64,000 nucleotides of DNA, taken from Camelus ferus. Lineage: Eukaryota. Shown here piece by piece: positions 47,592 through 64,000 of this stretch; the stretch's first letter is position 1; each line of letters starts with the position of its first letter. The notes under the pieces were generated by a model. It saw only the letters and a program-made list of their open reading frames with translations. It made no database searches and had not been told where the DNA came from. Where the stretch lies: contig NC_045712.1 in assembly GCF_009834535.1 (NCBI RefSeq), forward strand, positions 34,534,001 to 34,598,000, given 5' to 3'. The position numbers were made by a program, and so were the translations under genes.

Positions 47592-47609
47592 TGTGTGTGT
47601 GTGTGTGTG
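47592..47609. repeat. (TG)9 microsatellite
   Basis: Seen directly. Confidence 0.85.
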
Positions 47610-48119
47610 AATAAGTCTGAAAATCTGGTACCTAACATCAAATCAACTGTTCCTTATTCCATTCCCTCTCTCTCCCAATTCCTTTCAACTTCGTCTGGTA
47701 TTTCTGATTATTTCTTCTGGTTTTTATATCTGTTTTCTAAGCATCAGACTTACATTGCTGATGTTAATTTTTCATTTTTTCAGTTTCAGATTTTCCCTAT
47801 TGACTACTACAAAGGAACGTGAAGATTTAGCTCTTAAGTCACTCACCTTCCACATTTTTCTGTGCTGCTTTTGTTTACATAATCATTCTGCATTTACTGT
47901 GCTGGAACTATGAAACAGATTACTCCAGCTCAGTCAGGAGTGTACTGTGATTGTATTTCCTTTGCTAGACGTTCTGTTTTCCCTGGGGTAAGTGTTGCTT
48001 GATTTTTTTTTTTATTGTTGTTGTTTAATTTTCTATGCATCCGTCACTAATTCATTCCTCTTAATCTTTCCTTGAAGTGAAAAACAATCTGATGGTTTGG
48101 TTTCCCATCCAGATAAGAA

Positions 48120-48640
48120 TATTTTCAAAAAGACTCACAGAATTCTACAATAAATACACACTATGTCTCTTAAGTCTTAAGATACAAATTATCTTCAATA
48201 AATAAATGGCTTGGAAAAAAAACAGGAGGAGAAATTGTTATAAAAAAGACTTCAGAGACATGGCAGTCACATGTCATGTGGGGGCCTTGTTGAGATCCTC
48301 ATTCAAACAAACCAACTGTACAAAGGCAGTTTAAGATAATTGGGGTAATTTGAACATGGATCGGACCTTTGAATATACTAAACAATAAACATGTCTGGAC
48401 TAGGGGAATAATGGCATTGTGGATTATCTTTTATAAATTCCTTATCTGTTAGAGCTATTTACTAAAATATTTATGCGTGAAATGATACTGTATCTGAGAT
48501 TTACTTTGAAAACGTTCCAGAAAAAAAGTAGGTTTGGAAGATGTATGAGATAATTATTTATTATCAATGCAGGGAGCTGGGTACATCTTTATGCTCGCCT
48601 CTCCACTCTTGTGTGTGGTTGAAATTTTCCATAATAAAAA
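48120..48640 (+). mobile_element. L1ME-type 3' fragment
   Basis: aaaaagacttcagagacatggcagtcacatgtcatgtgggggccttg...ttgaaattttccataataaaaaa. Confidence 0.55.
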
Positions 48641-49088
48641 AATTTAACTGAAAACGAAATTCCTAAAGAAATGGGAGAAAAGAAAAGTTGCACAGAGCTG
48701 GCTGTGCATTTTGTGAGCTGACTGCAGAAATAAAACATTTTACGTATCAGGTACTCACTCATTTTGGAGGCGCCCGGATACAGAAATCAGGTTTTTGGGC
48801 CCCGCTGATCTTCCCAGGCTGCCCCAGAGCCTGGGAGACAGGGAGGTGGGACCAGAGTGAGAGCAGGGTCAGCAGGAGGGGTGGCAGGACTGGGGGATCA
48901 GAGTACGTGAGTCACTCAGGGACATGCTGGCGGGTGGACCCCTGACACCCCTCTGCACCTGCCGTCACAGATGTCTCCTTGATGCCCTCCTTCTGCAGGC
49001 TGAACAGTCTACAAGGGCCTCTTGTAGCCATGACCATGAGAGATCTTGATATCAGCTGCCAAGGGCTTATGATCTCCTTTCCCCCTTA

Positions 49089-49685
49089 ACAGTTTTAAAA
49101 TGAGATGTAATTCACATACCTTAAAATTCACCTATTTGAGGTGTACTATTCAGTGGTTTTTAGTATATTCAAGAAGTTTGTGCAACTATGACCATAATTT
49201 TAGAACATTTTTATTACCCCAAAAAGAAACCTGTACCCAGTAGCCTGTACTCCCTACTTTGCTCCCCTCAAGCCCTGGCAACCACTAATCTATCTTTTAA
49301 CCCTATGGACTTGCCTGTTCTGGACAGTTCACAAAAAAACAGGATCGTACATGTGATCTTTTGTGATTGGCTTCTTCATTAGTGTGTTTCACAGCTCATC
49401 ATATCATCCATTATATCAGAACCTCATTCTTTTTAATTACTGAATACTATTCCCTTGTATGGATGTACCATATTATATATCCATTCTTCAGTTGATGGAC
49501 ATTTGGGTTGCTTCCACTTGGTGGCTATTATGAAAAAGTGAACAATCATGCACCAGTTTTTGTGCGGACAGGTTCTCGGCTCTCTTGAGATATCTATGCA
49601 GGAGTGGAAATGCTGGATTATATGGAAACTTCATTTAACTTTCTGAGGAACTGCCAGACTGTTTTCCAAAGAGGCTGCACCAGAT
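49089..49685 (-). mobile_element. Old L1 (L1MB-like) 3' fragment
   Basis: aattcacataccttaaaattcacc...ttcagttgatggacatttgggttgcttccac...aggaactgccagactgttttccaaagaggctgcacca. Confidence 0.8.
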
Positions 49686-50559
49686 GATCTCCTTCTGGCA
49701 GATGGGGAGACTGGGGCCCAGAGAGGGAAGTGTCTTATGCAAAGCCACACACTGAGTCAGAGCAAGAGGGCAGGAGCTGGTCATATCAAGGCCTCAACTC
49801 CACCCCGCTCCGACCTCACTGCCGTTTGACTCTCACCCTAACTCTCCACACCCACTTCCACCCCATCCCTCTCCCTGCCCAGCAGCAAATCCCTTCCATC
49901 AGTCCCTCCCGAAGGATCCCAAAGCCACATCAGGATCATGATCACATTCACATCTGCAGGGTGACTGACAAACTCTCTGCCATCTGGCCCTGCTTCTGCC
50001 TCATGTCTTTTTTTTAAGCAGCTTTGTTGAACTATACTTCACACACCATGCTGTTCACTCACTTAAAGTAGCCCAGTGCTCATCACACCTTTTTATTCTC
50101 TGCACTTGCGGATCATGCGGGTCTTGTTCTGGTTTCATGAAGACAGCCCCCGCTTTTGGGACCTTGCATATGCTGTCCCCTCTTCCTGGGATAATCTTTC
50201 CTTCTATTTCCCTGGCTCTGTATATATTTCCTTATAACTGGTCTTGAGATGGGTTGAGTCCTTCTGCTGGAACGCGTCTCCTGACCTCCCAGGCTGGTTG
50301 GAGGACCTACAGGACATTCCCACAGCCTCTGTAGGATCGTCCCTGCCACAACATGTGACACACAGTCTGAGCTTTTAAGGTCTTGCTCACATGCACAGAG
50401 TCTGGCAGATGGTCAATGAATGTCCTTTTGAGCCAGTAGAAAGATCTGAAAATACCTAGCATGGCCCTGGGCAGACTGTAGAAATCCAGGAAATATTTGC
50501 AGACTTCATGTCCTACTAGGACAGGGCAGTACCTCCTTTTGGGAACATTCCACTCAGTT

Positions 50560-51000
50560 TGGGTGATTAAAGCATAGAACATGATTGATTTTTATTCCTG
50601 GAACCCACCAGGACGACGGCATCCCCGTTTTCCTTTAGGGAATCACCCCAGCCCCACCTTCAGTCCTTGCAGTCCAGGTGGGGCTAAACATTTCCTGGAA
50701 TTTGCACAAGACCCAAATCAGGTCAATTATCCTGACTTTTACTGGAATTTTTCCAGAAAGGGGTGCTTTTCACTGGGGTTACTAAATTGGTGTCTCTGTG
50801 AGAAGACAAACTGCTTGAGAGTAGAAAAAAGCAGACTTGAGGAAGCCACTGAGCCCTGATGACGTCCTTTGAGGCCCTGGGTCCAGGTGTACCTGAAGCC
50901 ACCAGACCACAGGACATTTTAGTTATTGAGCCAATTTACATTCATTTTTTAGAAAGTTGCTTAAGCCAGGTTGAGTTCTGTTCCCGTCACTCGCAACTGC
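50560..51000. mobile_element. MLT1-type LTR relic
   Basis: gtccaggtgtacctgaagcc...gagccaatttacattc...gcttaagccaggttgagttc...gtcactcgcaac matches an MLT1 3' end. Confidence 0.6.
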
Positions 51001-52906
51001 GATATTCCCCACGTGGTTAGTAATCTGAGTCTTTCACACACACCCGTGCCCTTCCCACTCCTTACAGACCAAACATGGGAACCACGCCGACTTTTGCCTC
51101 TTAAAAGTACAGGTTTACCTACTGTCCTCAAATCTTAGTCGTCATTATTTCTGAGTTGTGTCGTGCAGTTGAGCGTCAGTATTTAGCCGTCCACGCCAGG
51201 CACCTTCCGGACCACAAGCAGTGAGTGGTTTCAGGTGCTAAGTCCAGGTTGGTGGAAAAGATAAAACACTCAGTTAGCAGTTTGGTGCACACCGAACTCC
51301 AAGAAGCACACATAGTAAGCACGGCTCCCCTCAACTTGTGTGCTGGTTCTGGGAAAAGCCTGCGAAGACAGACTTGGCTTTACCCTTTAACTTGCTGATG
51401 TGAAGGACATGTATTTACCACTGTGATGGGTCAGAAGTCTTACACATTTTACCCACACAACTTTGCCACAGTGAAGAGGACAAACTGTGTGGGCGAAGAG
51501 GCGGACTGAGACGCTGAGGATGCCTTGCAGGAAGGAGGGTGACATCAGCAGGTACCAGCTACTGTTTCCATCCTGCCTGGCCTGGACCTTTCTGTATACA
51601 AGGTATCACGCTCTGCTTCATCGGGGGCAATGAATTGTAGGCATTTTAATCTGTAGGACTTTGTTGGTTTTGTTCCCTCTGCTTGGGATGCCCTTCTACG
51701 CTGCAGAGCACTTTCGAGGCCCAGGTCAAAGGCCAGCTCTCCTGTGAACCCTTGCTCCTTTAATACTTTTGTTTCAGCAGCTATTTTAAATACCAGCATT
51801 TCTTACCTTGGGCCCATGGGTCACTGTGATAGGCTTTGGGGGCATCTATCAATGCTTCTGGGGTGACCTGAGAGATCTGTGTCTGTGCATTACTCTCGAG
51901 GGGAGGGTCAGAGCTTCTACCAGATTCTCTGAGGCCCCGCGACCCAGCGAGCAACTAAGAACCACCAATTTCTTATCTGTCCCCCTTATGAGTTCCTGAG
52001 GGCAAGGGTCACATCTTTCCCATCTCAGACTCTCCAGCACTGGTCCACGATAGACACTTAACTGTTGGCAGCAGGCTGTTAGTGACCCAGAGAGGCAACA
52101 TTTTTACAGGCTAAGAAGAGAAAACAGGATGGTTTAATCTGTAGAGTTTGTTCTTGATTACAGTGTTCAACATGCAAAATTACCTCTTGGTACGAGACGG
52201 ATCTCTGCCACTTCCCTGGGACGGTTAATCCAGACAGAATCATTCCTGGGCAACCCTTAAGTAAGTGTCTGCCAGCAATCACCCTCTCCCTTCTTAGGGT
52301 ATGTAAGCTCTCTCTTATCCAGAATAACTGGGACTTGGGTGTAGCCATACACAGTACAGCACCACTGGTTGGTCAGTGGATTTGATATATTCTGAACTCC
52401 AGTTCAGGACCTCCCATTACTTAACCTTTGAAGTCTCTGAGGATCCCAAAGGCACTTGAGAATCTGGCAGTGTCACCTGGCAGTGTCTCAGGGTTACTGA
52501 TTTTCACTGGACAGTGTTCAGAAAGGTTTGCTAAGTCTGTCCTGGCCCAGAGTATTCACTCTGAAAAAGAGTCTGTCTGATAAGGTTTTGACAGATTTGC
52601 TCTTCCTGTCGTTCTGCAGGCGCAAAATGAACAACTAAGGGAGCTCCATTTTGCTCACCCACCATTCCTAAATTTTCGGTAATGAAAATGTGGTATCTGT
52701 GTGAGGAAAGTTATAAAAATACTAACAAAAAATCAAAAGTAAAATGAGGGGTGTTTGGAACACAAGGAAACAGGAGTTTACTGTGGTTAGAAGGCAGAAT
52801 GACTAGGTAATAATTAGGTTTACTTGACAATGTTTTTTTCCAAAGACTGAATTCTTGCTAAGTTTTACATATTATCACTAGCTTGAGTTTGCCCCCCTCT
52901 CTGACT

Positions 52907-52912
52907 TTTATT
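52907..52912 (-). terminator. Probable proximal EMC3 polyadenylation signal
   Basis: TTTATT on +, about 250 nt past the stop; an ATTAAA variant at 51759-51764 could be a distal site. Confidence 0.55.
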
Positions 52913-53164
52913 ACTAGTCACCAGAAGGAAAATTTAAAACATTTTGAAAACAGCTGTTTCTGGGCAAGTCACCCAGCACATACTCTTTATATTTCCTCTA
53001 GTTTCACACATAAAGGGGAACCCGGCTCAGATAAGAACAATCCTTGCTGCACACCCGCCAGCTCGTGCACCCGCCTTTTCATTCCCAGCGGCTCCAGCTC
53101 AAACCAAAGTCACAAGGTTAAGCGCTTCTTGGAGTTCCCGACACAGGTGATCCCTGCTTGGTCT

Positions 53165-63176
<10,012 letters not shown>

Positions 63177-64000
63177 CTGAAAAATACAACCAAGACAATG
63201 AGAGTTTTAAAAGCGAAACAGTAGAAGAAAATGAGACAATCAAGTAGAAGACCTATTTAAACACAAGAGAGGGCCTATTTGGCAATAGCCCTGTGCGGAA
63301 ACTTTTCAAAATACAAGTGTCCTTAAAACCAATAGGACGTACTTAACCCAACAATCAGCTTTCCAAAAAAGCATTTTTCAGAAATGACTGTTTCTGAACA
63401 AAGATTTCTGAGGAAGGCACATTTGGGACATTAAGCTCAGCTTTTTCTTACTTTATAATGAGCTAAGAAGGAACTTTCTCTGAGTGCAAAGAGTAGCAGT
63501 TGGATGTAACTCAGAAGATCTGGGGGCAGGAGGAGGGAGGAAGGGTGAGGAGAAGAGAAGGAAATGTTCAAACCCCACAGAGAAATTAGTACAGGACTTG
63601 ACAGGGTTGTTACCTGACAGACAACAAACAGAAATCCCACCCAGGATTCAGAATGTTAGTAAGCACTCAATAAATACCTACTGAGCTAATAAATGAAATA
63701 ATCTGGTGATATTTGAACATAACTGATCATCATAAGTAACAAAGTGCACCACTACTTAGTGGTGCTAGATACAAACACTAAACAGCAGAGATCAAAATGA
63801 TAATTTTTTCTAGGTTTTCAAGTTGTTCTAATGAGGGGGAGAAAAAACCACTTTAAGTTAATGGAAAACCTTCTTGAAAAGTGGGAAAAAAAATCGTAGA
63901 CAGAAATGAACACAATAAAACTGTGCTTGGTTTTCTCTCTGCTCCTCAGTGTAAACCACCAGCTGTAAGCAGTCAGCCGGTCCCCCAAGGGTCCCCTTGT

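Overview
Mammalian genomic DNA containing the conserved JAGN1-IL17RE-IL17RC-CRELD1-PRRT3-EMC3 cluster (syntenic with human 3p25.3, from recall). I reconstructed every coding exon by hand with consistent phases: JAGN1 last exon (+), IL17RE (16 exons, +, 663 or 675 aa), IL17RC (19 exons, +, 716 aa, one GC-AG intron), CRELD1 (10 coding exons, +, 420 aa), PRRT3 (3 coding exons, -, 975 aa) and EMC3 exons 2-8 (-). Four young tRNA-Ala(AGC)-derived SINEs with clean target-site duplications resemble the camelid Vic-1 family, so the species is probably a camel, alpaca or llama (inference). The rest is old repeat relics (L1, L2, MIR, CR1/L3, MLT1, hAT) plus three N gaps. I found no new multi-gene system, CRISPR array or real tRNA gene. 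The best leads concern isoform control: a SINE inside the PRRT3 splice acceptor, a GC donor and a decayed human-isoform insert in IL17RC, a putative upstream IL17RE exon, a MIR matching the human CRELD1 alternative last exon, and a SINE placed to make a Pol III antisense RNA across EMC3 exon 7. All human comparisons are from memory and need checking by alignment. Old-repeat boundaries are approximate.
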